From a virus (lineage: Duplodnaviria; Heunggongvirae; Uroviricota; Caudoviricetes): 36,424 nt of DNA. Under the pieces are notes generated by a model. That model made no database searches, had not been told where the DNA came from, and saw only the letters and a program-made list of their open reading frames with translations. Location: positions 1 to 36,424 of the IMG/VR virus record IMGVR_UViG_3300046474_000274, one strand, 5' to 3'. Made by a program: the position numbers and the translations under genes. The stretch's first letter is position 1, and each line of letters starts with the position of its first letter. Below, in pieces: positions 24,932 through 33,936 of this stretch.

Positions 24932-27331
24932 ATGAACCGCGATATCATCGAACTGCGCGAGGTCGTTCAGAAGCTCGTGCCTCTGCTCGCCGGCAAGGGT
25001 CTTGTCGTAACGCAGCGCGGATCGCAGGCTTATGTCACGACCAATCCGCGCACGAAGCAGCCGGAGACGGTCAACATTCCAAACATTCCGGACACCGCCA
25101 ATTCCGAGTTCATCGCGGCGATCTCCGGCTTTATCGACCACGAAGTCGCGCACGTCCTGCATACCGATTGGCATTGGTATGGGGGCAAGGGCGGCATGAG
25201 CGAAGCCGATCTTCGCAACCCGAAGCGCCGCGCATTCATGAACACCCACAACATCCTCGAAGACGTGATGATCGAGCGGGAGATGATCAAGACGTTCCCC
25301 GGCTCGGCGCGGAACATCGCGACCACGCGCAAGTGGTTCCTCGAAAAGATCACCGACGAGGCGCTCAAGGGCGTCAAGGATCCCAAGGAGCAGTTTCGCT
25401 ACATCCTGGTTCCGATGATGCGCGCGCTCGGCGGTCACGAGGAAATGCAGGACTGGATGGACAAGCGCGGCTTCTGGAAGCATCCGCTGGTCGACGAGCT
25501 CCTCAAGACGATGAAGCCGGCGACCCTCGAGCTGCTGAAGACCTGCACCACGACGCGCGAGACCTGCACGATCGCCGAGGAGGTTCACGACATTCTGACC
25601 GGCAAGATCCTGCCGCCTCCCCCTCCTGCCCCGCCCGCGCCGCCTGTGGCACCCCCTCCTCCGAAGCAGGAGAAGGGCAAGTCGAAGGACAAGCCCGACC
25701 AGGAAGCCGCTGAGGGTGATGGCGACGGTGAACGCGATCACAAGGACAAGAAGCCTGGCAAGAACGGCAAGGGCGCAAAGTCCGCGGCCGACTATGAAGG
25801 CGAGGCTGAGCCCGATAAGTCCGACAAGTCCGACAAGTCCGATAAATCGGATAAGTCAGACAAGAAGGACAAGAAGGACAAGAAGGACAAGCCTGAGCCG
25901 AAGTCCAAGGATGAAACTGGCGATGAAGACGAGAAGGACGGCGAGAAGGACGAAGAAACTGACGCCGACGGCTCTGGCGCTGATGATGGCCCCGAGGAGG
26001 AGTCCGACGACGATGACACCGGCGATACCGGTGACGGCGATGATAGCGAGAGCAACGACGAGCCGTCGGACAAGCCTGATCGCGGATATGAGGATCAGGA
26101 CGACGAAGGAGACGACGGCTCTGCCGGTGCTTCTGAGGATGATGACGACGCCGGAGGTTCGGCAGGCGGTGAATCGGGCGACGATGGCGATGACGATGAG
26201 GACGAAGGCCGTCGCAATCACGTCTCGGAAGTCACTACGTCCGGCGCTGATGGCGGTGGTGTAGGCGAGGTCGGCGAAGGATCCGACCAGGAAAGCCAGG
26301 GAGGAGGAGGAGGCGTCGGTAACGGTGGCGCCAAGAGCCTCTTCGACTACGACGACGACGCCTTCGAAAAGGTCGACATGTCCTCGCAGATCGCAATCAA
26401 GATCTCCGACGCGGCCGTCGCTGCGATGAACCCTCGCGAGTATCTCGTCTTCAGCCGCGAGCTTGACGAAATCAAGCCGGTGCCGGTGCCTTCCACCATG
26501 GACCCGACCTGGGTTCCGGAGATGGAAGACGAAACGCGCCAGATGACCTCGAAGATGCAGAAGGACATCGAGCGCATGATGGCGTCTCAGTCCCATGTCA
26601 TCCGCACGCCTGGTCATCGTAGCGGCAAGCTGCATGCGCCGTCGCTGTTCCGCGTTCCGCAGGGCGACCCGCGCGTGTTCTCGCAGAAGCAGGAGCATGA
26701 GAGCAAGGACACGGCCGTCTCGGTCGTGATCGACAACTCCGGCTCGATGGGTGGTCCGAAGATGGCGCTCGCCATGACGGCCGGCTATGCGCTCTGCTCC
26801 ACGCTCGATCGCGTCAAGATCGCCAACGAGGTTATCGGCTTCACGACGGGCGGTTGGGGTGGAATGCCCGCCTCGATGCGCGAGGCGATGGCCAACGACG
26901 CAAAGGCCGCGCGCATCAGTTGGGATCGCACGACGCCGCTGGTGCTGCCGATCTACAAGACCTTCGACGAGCGTCTGACCGCAACGGTCAAGGCTCGCTT
27001 CGCCTTCATGAAGAATGCGCAGGCAGGTCTGGCCGGCAACGTCGACGGCGAGTCCCTCGAATACGCAGCCGAACGCCTGCTCAAGCGCAGCGAGAAGCGC
27101 AAGGTCATGCTGGTGTTGTCCGACGGTCAGCCGGCCGGCAGCCACAAGTGCGGCCCTCACCTGACGTATGTCGTCCAGCAGCTCGGGAAGATGGGCATTG
27201 AGTGCGTCGGTATCGGCATCATGGACGACTCCGTGAGCCGGTTCTACCCGAAGTATACGGTCCTCAAGAAGGCCCAGGACTTGCCCACCCAGGTCATGTC
27301 CGAAATCAAGAAGATCCTCACGTCGATCTGA
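24932..27331 (+). CDS. cobT: CobT-like protein: N-terminal HExxH domain, Pro/Asp/Lys low-complexity linker, C-terminal vWA (MIDAS)
   Basis: GFIDHEVAH...NILED; DNSGSM MIDAS; VLSDGQP; paired with a CobS-like ATPase. The symbol denotes family only. Confidence 0.8.
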   Translation: MNRDIIELREVVQKLVPLLAGKGLVVTQRGSQAYVTTNPRTKQPETVNIPNIPDTANSEFIAAISGFIDHEVAHVLHTDWHWYGGKGGMSEADLRNPKRRAFMNTHNILEDVMIEREMIKTFPGSARNIATTRKWFLEKITDEALKGVKDPKEQFRYILVPMMRALGGHEEMQDWMDKRGFWKHPLVDELLKTMKPATLELLKTCTTTRETCTIAEEVHDILTGKILPPPPPAPPAPPVAPPPPKQEKGKSKDKPDQEAAEGDGDGERDHKDKKPGKNGKGAKSAADYEGEAEPDKSDKSDKSDKSDKSDKKDKKDKKDKPEPKSKDETGDEDEKDGEKDEETDADGSGADDGPEEESDDDDTGDTGDGDDSESNDEPSDKPDRGYEDQDDEGDDGSAGASEDDDDAGGSAGGESGDDGDDDEDEGRRNHVSEVTTSGADGGGVGEVGEGSDQESQGGGGGVGNGGAKSLFDYDDDAFEKVDMSSQIAIKISDAAVAAMNPREYLVFSRELDEIKPVPVPSTMDPTWVPEMEDETRQMTSKMQKDIERMMASQSHVIRTPGHRSGKLHAPSLFRVPQGDPRVFSQKQEHESKDTAVSVVIDNSGSMGGPKMALAMTAGYALCSTLDRVKIANEVIGFTTGGWGGMPASMREAMANDAKAARISWDRTTPLVLPIYKTFDERLTATVKARFAFMKNAQAGLAGNVDGESLEYAAERLLKRSEKRKVMLVLSDGQPAGSHKCGPHLTYVVQQLGKMGIECVGIGIMDDSVSRFYPKYTVLKKAQDLPTQVMSEIKKILTSI
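25814..25894 (+). repeat. Tandem 9-bp coding repeat, 9 units, encoding DK(S/K)
   Basis: Five GA(C/T)AA(G/A)TC(C/G/A) units, then GACAAGAAG x3 and GACAAGCCT. Confidence 0.85.
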
Positions 27332-27365
27332 AAAAAAAAGTAAGCGGGGACTTATTTCCCCGCTT
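27331..27365 (-). terminator. Minus-strand intrinsic terminator between the cobT- and cobS-like genes
   Basis: On the - strand: AAGCGGGGA-AATAAG-TCCCCGCTT-AC-TTTTTTTTT. Confidence 0.65.
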
Positions 27366-27382
27366 GCGTCCCACGTCAGAAA

Positions 27383-27400
27383 TAAGTAAGAGCTTACTTA
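27383..27400. promoter_or_regulatory. 18-bp palindromic operator ahead of the cobS-like gene
   Basis: TAAGTAAG-AG-CTTACTTA; TTGCGT at 27364-27369. Confidence 0.75.
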
Positions 27401-27440
27401 TAGCGCAACGCGAAAGCGCTTCATCACAAGAGGGAATGAC

Positions 27441-28757
27441 ATGAGCCAGGCTATTGAAGCTGGCGCAGCGGCAACTGCGTCGGACGGGAAGATTCTGTGC
27501 CACATCGACAATGTGCGCGTTCATACAATCCAGGGTCACATCAAGAAGACCCATCCCGATTGGACCATCGAGCGGTATCAAGCCGAGTTTCCCGGCGAGC
27601 CGCTTTTCTCTGAGACCGCAAAGGCGTTGATGGCGAAAGCCGAGGCTGAAAAGGCCCAGGCAGCCGCTGTAGCGCCCGGCGCCGATGCCGCTGATATTCA
27701 GGCGCAGATGGTTGCGGCAGCGACCGGTGTCGCCGCGCCGAAGATCACCGTCAAGCAGGCGTTCTTCCACGAGCTGTTCGAACTCGGCAACGCGCCGGCC
27801 GCTCTGTCGGCCAAGGGTCAGCCGATCCCGATCAAGGTTCTCGAAGGCCACGACGCCGGCTCGGCCGACTATCTGCCGGACCTCGATAAGTCCTACGTCT
27901 TCAACATCGACCTGTTGAAGAAGGTCATCATCGGCTTTGAGCTGAACATGCCGACCTATCTCTGGGGCTTTCACGGCACCGGCAAGACGACGGTCCTGCA
28001 GCAGGCGGCAGCCCGCACGCGCCGTCCGTTCATTCGTGTTCAGCATACGATCAACATGCAGGAGTCCGACGTGCTCGGACAGTGGACGGTTCGCTCCAAG
28101 GCTGTCGAAGTCGAGGTGCTCGATCCGACCGGCGCCAAGGTCAAGGTCATTCAGCAGCAGTCCGTCACCGAGTTCCAGCTCGGGCCGCTTCCGATGGCAA
28201 TGATCAACGGCTGGGTCTATTGCGCCGACGAATACGACTTCGCGATGCCCTCCGTCACCGCGGTCTATCAGCCGGTTCTCGAAGGCCAGGCGTTGCTGAT
28301 CAAGGACGCTCCTCCGCACTTCCGCAAGATCGTGCCGCATCCGAACTTCCGCTTCGTCGCGACCGGAAACACCAACGGTGTCGGCGATGAAACCGGCCTC
28401 TACCAGGGCACGCTGGTTCAGAACGCAGCCAACTATTCGCGCTTCGCGATCACCGAAGAAGTCGAATACATGGAAGCGAAGATCGAGACCGCGATCCTGC
28501 AGTCGAAGACCGGCATCGATGCTGCATCGGCTTCCAAGATCGTCAAGATGGCGAACGAAGTCCGCAAGCTGTTCCGTGATGGCAAGATCACCATGACGGT
28601 CTCGCCGCGCGAGCTGATCCGCTGCGCGTCTCTTGGTATCGCCTACGGCGGCAATTGGACGCTCGGCATGGAGCTCGCCTTCGCCAACCGTCTGTCGCGC
28701 GTCGATAAGAAGGTCGTGCAGGAATACATGCAGCGCGTATTCGGAGGCGCAGCATGA
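27441..28757 (+). CDS. cobS: CobS/MoxR-like AAA+ ATPase with N-terminal zinc-finger-like extension
   Basis: GFHGTGKT Walker A, CADEYD Walker B, HPNFRFVATGNT, NAANYSRF, SPRELI. The symbol denotes family only. Confidence 0.85.
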   Translation: MSQAIEAGAAATASDGKILCHIDNVRVHTIQGHIKKTHPDWTIERYQAEFPGEPLFSETAKALMAKAEAEKAQAAAVAPGADAADIQAQMVAAATGVAAPKITVKQAFFHELFELGNAPAALSAKGQPIPIKVLEGHDAGSADYLPDLDKSYVFNIDLLKKVIIGFELNMPTYLWGFHGTGKTTVLQQAAARTRRPFIRVQHTINMQESDVLGQWTVRSKAVEVEVLDPTGAKVKVIQQQSVTEFQLGPLPMAMINGWVYCADEYDFAMPSVTAVYQPVLEGQALLIKDAPPHFRKIVPHPNFRFVATGNTNGVGDETGLYQGTLVQNAANYSRFAITEEVEYMEAKIETAILQSKTGIDAASASKIVKMANEVRKLFRDGKITMTVSPRELIRCASLGIAYGGNWTLGMELAFANRLSRVDKKVVQEYMQRVFGGAA

Positions 28758-29398
28758 TCAAGCGCGATCCGAAGCTCGACCGCCCGCAGGTCAAGGCATT
28801 CGCGTATAAGGTTCTCAAGCGCGTTCACGCGCTTGGGGCCAAGTCGCAGACCCTGGATGATATCGAGGGTGAACTGTGGATCGCCTGGTGCCTGGCCTGC
28901 GACCGTTTCGACCCGACGGCCGGCGCCGCCTTCAAGACGTTCCTCTACCGCGGCATGCGCCTGCATATCAACCGCTGGATCGAGAAGACGTTCGAACGGT
29001 TCCATGACGAGACCGTCGCCGCGTCCCTCGAGGCGAGCTACGGCTCTGAGGAAGCATCTGGCGCAAACGGCTCGACGCTCGGCGAAGTCATCGCTGACAC
29101 GGCCGAACGCCAGGACGAGACCTTCCAGAAGGAGAATTGCTTCGCCTACGCCCTCACCCGCGTCTCTGACCGGGCAAAGCTGTTCCTGACGTTCCTGAAG
29201 GACAATCCTCCGGAGCTGATGGTCCGCATGAGGGATCTCGAGGCGAAAGCCGCACACGCCAAGGAGCTCGGCGTTTCCTACGCCATGCCCCACCGTATCA
29301 CCTCGGCCATGATCTTCGACTTCATGGGCGCCTCCCGCGTCGAACGTAAGCAGATTATGGACGAAGTCACCCAGATCGGGCGGCTGATTTCGAACTAG
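28754..29398 (+). CDS. Sigma70-family-like factor (regions 2, 3.2 and 4-like)
   Basis: DDIEGELWIAWCLACDRFDPTAGAAFKTF resembles region 2 (DLIQEG...AVEKFDP.RG.KFSTY); SLEASYG...STLGEVIAD resembles region 3.2; IFDFMGASRVERKQI resembles region 4.2. Confidence 0.68.
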   Translation: MIKRDPKLDRPQVKAFAYKVLKRVHALGAKSQTLDDIEGELWIAWCLACDRFDPTAGAAFKTFLYRGMRLHINRWIEKTFERFHDETVAASLEASYGSEEASGANGSTLGEVIADTAERQDETFQKENCFAYALTRVSDRAKLFLTFLKDNPPELMVRMRDLEAKAAHAKELGVSYAMPHRITSAMIFDFMGASRVERKQIMDEVTQIGRLISN

Positions 29399-29405
29399 GA
29401 CGATC

Positions 29406-29954
29406 ATGACGACCATTCCCCATCTGGCGCCGGGCTGCTTTGGTTCAGCCCTCGCATTCAAAAAGGACGACACCGTCTGCCGCGGATGCAAGTTCTTGAG
29501 CTTGTGTGAGCCCGCTCACCTCGAGGCTCAGAAGGTCTTGCGCGAGCGCTACGGCATCAAGACGACCCAGGAAGTGCTTGCCGATCAGAAGCAGGCGCGT
29601 GAAGCCGAAAAGGCCGCCCGTGAGGCGAACCGCAACGAAGCAGTCTTGGTGCTGCCGAAGAAGACCCAGGAACTGATCGATAGGCTCGATCGTGGAAATT
29701 ACGATGTGAAGGGCAAGTTCGCCCGCGGTGAGAACCCGTTCGGACAGTCCATGCGCTTCATGCAGATCGTCGGCCATCTGCTCCTCAATCTCAAGAACGT
29801 CCGGCTCGACCGGGCGCTGATCGCAACCGCCTTCGTCAAGAAGCTCGAATGGCAGCAGGGCACCGCAGACGCGCATGCCCGCATGGCAATTCAGGCGCTC
29901 GAACACGTCGGCGCAATCATCAACAACGACGGCGTTATCGCCCTCAAGGGGTAA
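29406..29954 (+). CDS. Hypothetical protein with N-terminal four-Cys cluster
   Basis: PGCFG...VCRGCKFLSLC; sits between the sigma-like gene and dnaE. Confidence 0.65.
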   Translation: MTTIPHLAPGCFGSALAFKKDDTVCRGCKFLSLCEPAHLEAQKVLRERYGIKTTQEVLADQKQAREAEKAAREANRNEAVLVLPKKTQELIDRLDRGNYDVKGKFARGENPFGQSMRFMQIVGHLLLNLKNVRLDRALIATAFVKKLEWQQGTADAHARMAIQALEHVGAIINNDGVIALKG

Positions 29955-29958
29955 TTCG

Positions 29959-32900
29959 ATGCACTCGATCCTTGCAGCGCGGACTGATTTCTCAGTCGGC
30001 GAAAGCATCCTCACGACCAAGGTTCTGATCAAGAACGCCGTCGATGCGGGCGCAAAGGCGATCGCCATGACCGACACGATGTCCGTCACCGGTATGATCG
30101 ACTTCACCAACAAGGCCAAGGCCGAAGGCTTGAAGCCGGTCATCGGCTGCCGGCTGCGTCTGTCTGATAATCCGACCTGGCGCCCTGGCGACGGCGAGAA
30201 GAAGAAGGATATGCCGCGTTCCTACTTCCTGACCGTCTACGCGCTCAAGGAAGCCGGCATCAAGGCGATCTTCCGGCTGCTGACGCTGGCGAACTCCGAC
30301 GACCGCTTCTATTACGTGGCCAAGCTCGGCTTCGAGGATCTCTATGCGGAGTTGAAAGGGTTGGCCGGCGACGATCTCGCGATTGTGCTTGGTGATGCCC
30401 ATTCGGTTCTGGAGCATCCGAATGTCGACGATATCGTCCTGGAGCTCAATGACCAGGTTGAAATGATCTATGCGCCGCTGGTCCCGATCGACACGCCCTA
30501 TTACGGGCGCTTGAACGAATTGGCACTGCGGCAGATCAGTCTTGGCGCCGTCAAGCCGATCGTCGTGCGTCCGGCCTTCTACGGCCAGGGTGAAGCCGAC
30601 ACCCAGGAGATCATGACCGCGATCTCCGAGAACCATAAGGTGACCGATCCATGGTTCCGCTCGCGCCACAATCGCGACATGCACGTCATGGGTAACGCCG
30701 AGCTCGTCGGCGAAATGAAGAAGGCTGTCGCCCATCTGGTCAAGCGCGGCAATGATCCGTCGGCTACCGCTTTGAAGTTCAAGGAAGGGCTGTTCAACAC
30801 CGCAATGCTGGTCGCCGCCGTAGAATACGAATGGAAGAAGGCTGCGGTCTCGCTTCCGATCATGGCGCCGGACGAGTTTGCGGCCGTCGTCGAGGAGTGC
30901 AAGAAGGGCTGGAAGCTCCGTTTCGCCGCGCCGATCTTCGGGCATCAGCCGGACGCGAAGGAACTGGTCGAGGTCTATAAGCCGCGCCTCGCCTACGAGC
31001 TCGAAACCCTCAAGCGGTTGAACTTCTCGGGCTACTTCCTGCTCGTGCAGGACGTGGTGCAGTTCGCGAAAAACTCGGGCATCATGGTCGGTCCTGGTCG
31101 TGGTTCCGTGGGCGGATCCCTTGTCGCTTATCTGATGGGCATTACCGAGTGCGATCCGATCCGCTTCGGACTGCTGTTTGAGCGCTTCATCAATCCGGAA
31201 CGTATCGACTTGCCCGACGCCGATCTCGACTTCATGTCCGAGCGCCGGCACGAGATTTTCGAATACCTCACCAAGAAGTATGGCGAGAAGCGGGTAGCTG
31301 GCGTCAACAACTACGGAACGCTCGGCTCCGCATCCGCGATCCGCGATGTCGGCCGCGTGACGCTCATCCCCGAAAAGGACTATTCCGTCTCGAAGTTCGT
31401 GCCGAAGCTGCACGGCCAGAACGTGCCGCTGCCCGAGGCGCGCAAGCAGGTCGCCGATATTGACGACTTCGCCAATCACTATCCGGGCCACTGGCCGATC
31501 ATGGAGCGCCTCGAGGGCACGATCCGCAATTTCAGCCAGCACGCGGGCGGCGTCATCGTCGGCGGGGTCGATATCGTCGACCGTGCGGTCGTTGAGCGGC
31601 GCAAGGACGGCAACGTCGTCTGCTGGGACAAGCGCATCGTTGAAGACCAGGGTCTGGTCAAGATGGACGTTCTCGGGCTCAACACGCTCGACCTGATGAC
31701 CCTGACGCTCGACTATATCCGCGAAAATACCGGCAAGCGTCTCGATCTTAACCGCATCCCTCTCGATGACGAGAAGGTGCTGGCGAACTTCGCCAAGGCG
31801 AACACGACCGCGATCTTTCAGTTTGAGTCCGGAGGCATGCGCCGGCTCTTGAAGGAGCTCGGCTCGACCGGCGTCATCACGTTTGAGGATATCACGGCTG
31901 CAACCGCTCTCTACCGCCCTGGTCCGATGGAGTCGGGGATGATGGACAGCTTCTATCTGCGCAAGCAGGGCCATGAGGAAATCGAATACGACCATCCGCT
32001 GATGGAGCCGGTGCTCGAGGAAACCTTCGGCGTTATCGTCTACCAGGAACAGGTCATGAAGATCTCCCAGGTGATCGCCGGCTACTCCGGCGCGGCCGCT
32101 GACAAGCTCCGCAAGATCATGGGTAAGAAGCTGCCGGAGGAGATGAAGAAGGAGCGGAAGAAGTTCTGCGACGGCTGTGTCGCGACGATCGCCTGCACCG
32201 AGGATTGGGCCGGTGCCCTTTTCGACAAGATCGAAGGCTTCGCCGGCTACGGCTTCAATAAGTCTCACTCGGTCGAATACACCCTGATCTCCTACCAGGC
32301 CATGTATTTGAAGACCTACCATCCGGCCGAGTTCTACGCCGCGGCGTTGACCGTTCAGAAGGAAGAGAAGCTGACGGGTATCATCCGTGATGCGAAGTCG
32401 CTTGGTATCGACGTGTCGATGCCCGACATCAATATATCGACCGATCGCTTCGAAATGGCAACGCCTGTGCGCCTGGTCATGCCGCTGCAGCGCATCAAGG
32501 GTCTGTCCGAAAAGGCGACCACCGCAATTCTCGAGGCCAGGAAGTCGGGACTGTTTGCCGACAAGAACGACTTCCTGGCCCGCGTGGAGAAGCGGGTCTG
32601 TAATAAGCGCGTCCAGGAGGCTCTCGATCTCGTCGGCGCCTTTGCGCGCATCGAGCCTGGTCAGAAGGCCGCAAACGATCCGAGCCGCATCAAGGACCAG
32701 ATCGAGCTGCTGCCGGGCCTGGTCGCTGGCCACGTTCCCATCGAGCACGAGCTGGAGAAGGACAAGGACACGAAGGAAGCGCTCGGCGAGCTCGTGGACG
32801 AATACCGCGCAGCGCATGGCCCCAAGGCAACGATGACTGACGGATATCCGGTCAAGCCGTTCTTTGGCCGCGATGCCGACTTCATGATCATTTCGGACGC

Positions 32901-33324
32901 GCCTGGCAACGAAGAGGACACGGGCGGCGTCATGGGCTTCTCGATGTCGAACAACGCTGTGATCGAGGCTGTGGAAGCGGCATCGCTCGACCGTTCGAAT
33001 ATCTATTGGACGGCCCTGATCAAGCGCCCGAAGCGCGGCAAGCAGGTTACGCCCGACGAGATTGCCACCTATTGGCCGTATCTGGAGCGGGAGATCGAAC
33101 TGCTCAAGCCGCCCGTTATCGTGCTTCTCGGCTCGCAGACGGTTCGCCACTTTATCCCGGACTTCAAGGGCAAGGCATCCGACGCGGCCGGCAAGGTGAT
33201 CTACTCCAAGAAGTATGACGCCAACGTCGTGATCGGCTTTAGCCCCGGTGAGATTTATCACGATCCGGACAAGCAGCAGAACATGAACGAGGTGTTCGCC
33301 TCAGTCGCGGATTGCTTATCATGA
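29959..33324 (+). CDS. dnaE: DNA polymerase III alpha subunit (DnaE) with C-terminal UDG-like domain
   Basis: GPGRGSVGGSL, LLFERFINPER, PDADLDF, KMDVLGL, ALYRPGP, YQEQVM, YGFNKSHS. Start ATG 29959 preferred over 29875. Confidence 0.95.
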   Translation: MHSILAARTDFSVGESILTTKVLIKNAVDAGAKAIAMTDTMSVTGMIDFTNKAKAEGLKPVIGCRLRLSDNPTWRPGDGEKKKDMPRSYFLTVYALKEAGIKAIFRLLTLANSDDRFYYVAKLGFEDLYAELKGLAGDDLAIVLGDAHSVLEHPNVDDIVLELNDQVEMIYAPLVPIDTPYYGRLNELALRQISLGAVKPIVVRPAFYGQGEADTQEIMTAISENHKVTDPWFRSRHNRDMHVMGNAELVGEMKKAVAHLVKRGNDPSATALKFKEGLFNTAMLVAAVEYEWKKAAVSLPIMAPDEFAAVVEECKKGWKLRFAAPIFGHQPDAKELVEVYKPRLAYELETLKRLNFSGYFLLVQDVVQFAKNSGIMVGPGRGSVGGSLVAYLMGITECDPIRFGLLFERFINPERIDLPDADLDFMSERRHEIFEYLTKKYGEKRVAGVNNYGTLGSASAIRDVGRVTLIPEKDYSVSKFVPKLHGQNVPLPEARKQVADIDDFANHYPGHWPIMERLEGTIRNFSQHAGGVIVGGVDIVDRAVVERRKDGNVVCWDKRIVEDQGLVKMDVLGLNTLDLMTLTLDYIRENTGKRLDLNRIPLDDEKVLANFAKANTTAIFQFESGGMRRLLKELGSTGVITFEDITAATALYRPGPMESGMMDSFYLRKQGHEEIEYDHPLMEPVLEETFGVIVYQEQVMKISQVIAGYSGAAADKLRKIMGKKLPEEMKKERKKFCDGCVATIACTEDWAGALFDKIEGFAGYGFNKSHSVEYTLISYQAMYLKTYHPAEFYAAALTVQKEEKLTGIIRDAKSLGIDVSMPDINISTDRFEMATPVRLVMPLQRIKGLSEKATTAILEARKSGLFADKNDFLARVEKRVCNKRVQEALDLVGAFARIEPGQKAANDPSRIKDQIELLPGLVAGHVPIEHELEKDKDTKEALGELVDEYRAAHGPKATMTDGYPVKPFFGRDADFMIISDAPGNEEDTGGVMGFSMSNNAVIEAVEAASLDRSNIYWTALIKRPKRGKQVTPDEIATYWPYLEREIELLKPPVIVLLGSQTVRHFIPDFKGKASDAAGKVIYSKKYDANVVIGFSPGEIYHDPDKQQNMNEVFASVADCLS

Positions 33325-33932
33325 TGCTCCGGCCGGTATCCGCTATCCGGCTGGTATCAAACGAGCCGGTAAAGAAGACCTTCGGCCAGAGGCTCCGGGA
33401 CTATTTCTTCCCGGAGCAGGCCGAAACTCCCGAAACTGAACCGCCCAAGATGGTTTTGAAACCGACGGCTGATCCCGCGCCATTCGTGCCGTTCCCGACG
33501 ACTTACGGCTCCGTCAGGGTGCCAGGCACGATTACGACCTGGGACGGCGAGATCATGACCTCGACCATGATGAAGCCCGACCAGCCCTGCGCCTGGTGGT
33601 ATTGCGACGATCACCGCGTTCCGAACTGCAACTTCGGACACAAGGTTCTCGACAAGCACGAAGTCACGGATTGGAATGACATGACCGAAGACGAGCGCGA
33701 AGAAGCGATCAATGAGTGGGAGAAGCTCATGGGTTTGAGTTCCATCGGCATCACCCCTCCCACGCCCGAGGGTCCGAATGAGCTCGCGGCTGCGCGTATG
33801 CACCAGCGGGCGGTTGCGAACAATCTCGCCCGCGATATGGAAGCTCACAAGAAGAAGTTGGAACGCGAGCTGGCAGAAGCTGAGGAGCGGGAGAGGCTCT
33901 ACGAAGGCAACAGCACTTTCGGCGCTTTCTAA
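33321..33932 (+). CDS. Hypothetical protein
   Basis: ATGA overlap with the dnaE stop; C-terminal coiled coil ending YEGNSTFGAF. Confidence 0.6.
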   Translation: MMLRPVSAIRLVSNEPVKKTFGQRLRDYFFPEQAETPETEPPKMVLKPTADPAPFVPFPTTYGSVRVPGTITTWDGEIMTSTMMKPDQPCAWWYCDDHRVPNCNFGHKVLDKHEVTDWNDMTEDEREEAINEWEKLMGLSSIGITPPTPEGPNELAAARMHQRAVANNLARDMEAHKKKLERELAEAEERERLYEGNSTFGAF

Positions 33933-33936
33933 ATGC

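Noticed and set aside
24932-28757. Cobalamin biosynthesis function for the cobT/cobS-like genes
   Set aside because: No cobN or other cob genes in the window; phage context and the added HExxH and low-complexity regions argue for another role.
29992-33261. 1089-aa minus-strand ORF opposite dnaE, and similar shadows opposite ligase, the A1-like gene and cobT
   Set aside because: Codon-bias artefacts; the + strand genes carry all the recognisable motifs.
33470-33545. PFPTTYGSVRVPGTITTW resembling the tail-protein P-x-x-YG-x-x-R motif
   Set aside because: Short match only, far from the tail module, with no other tail-like features.
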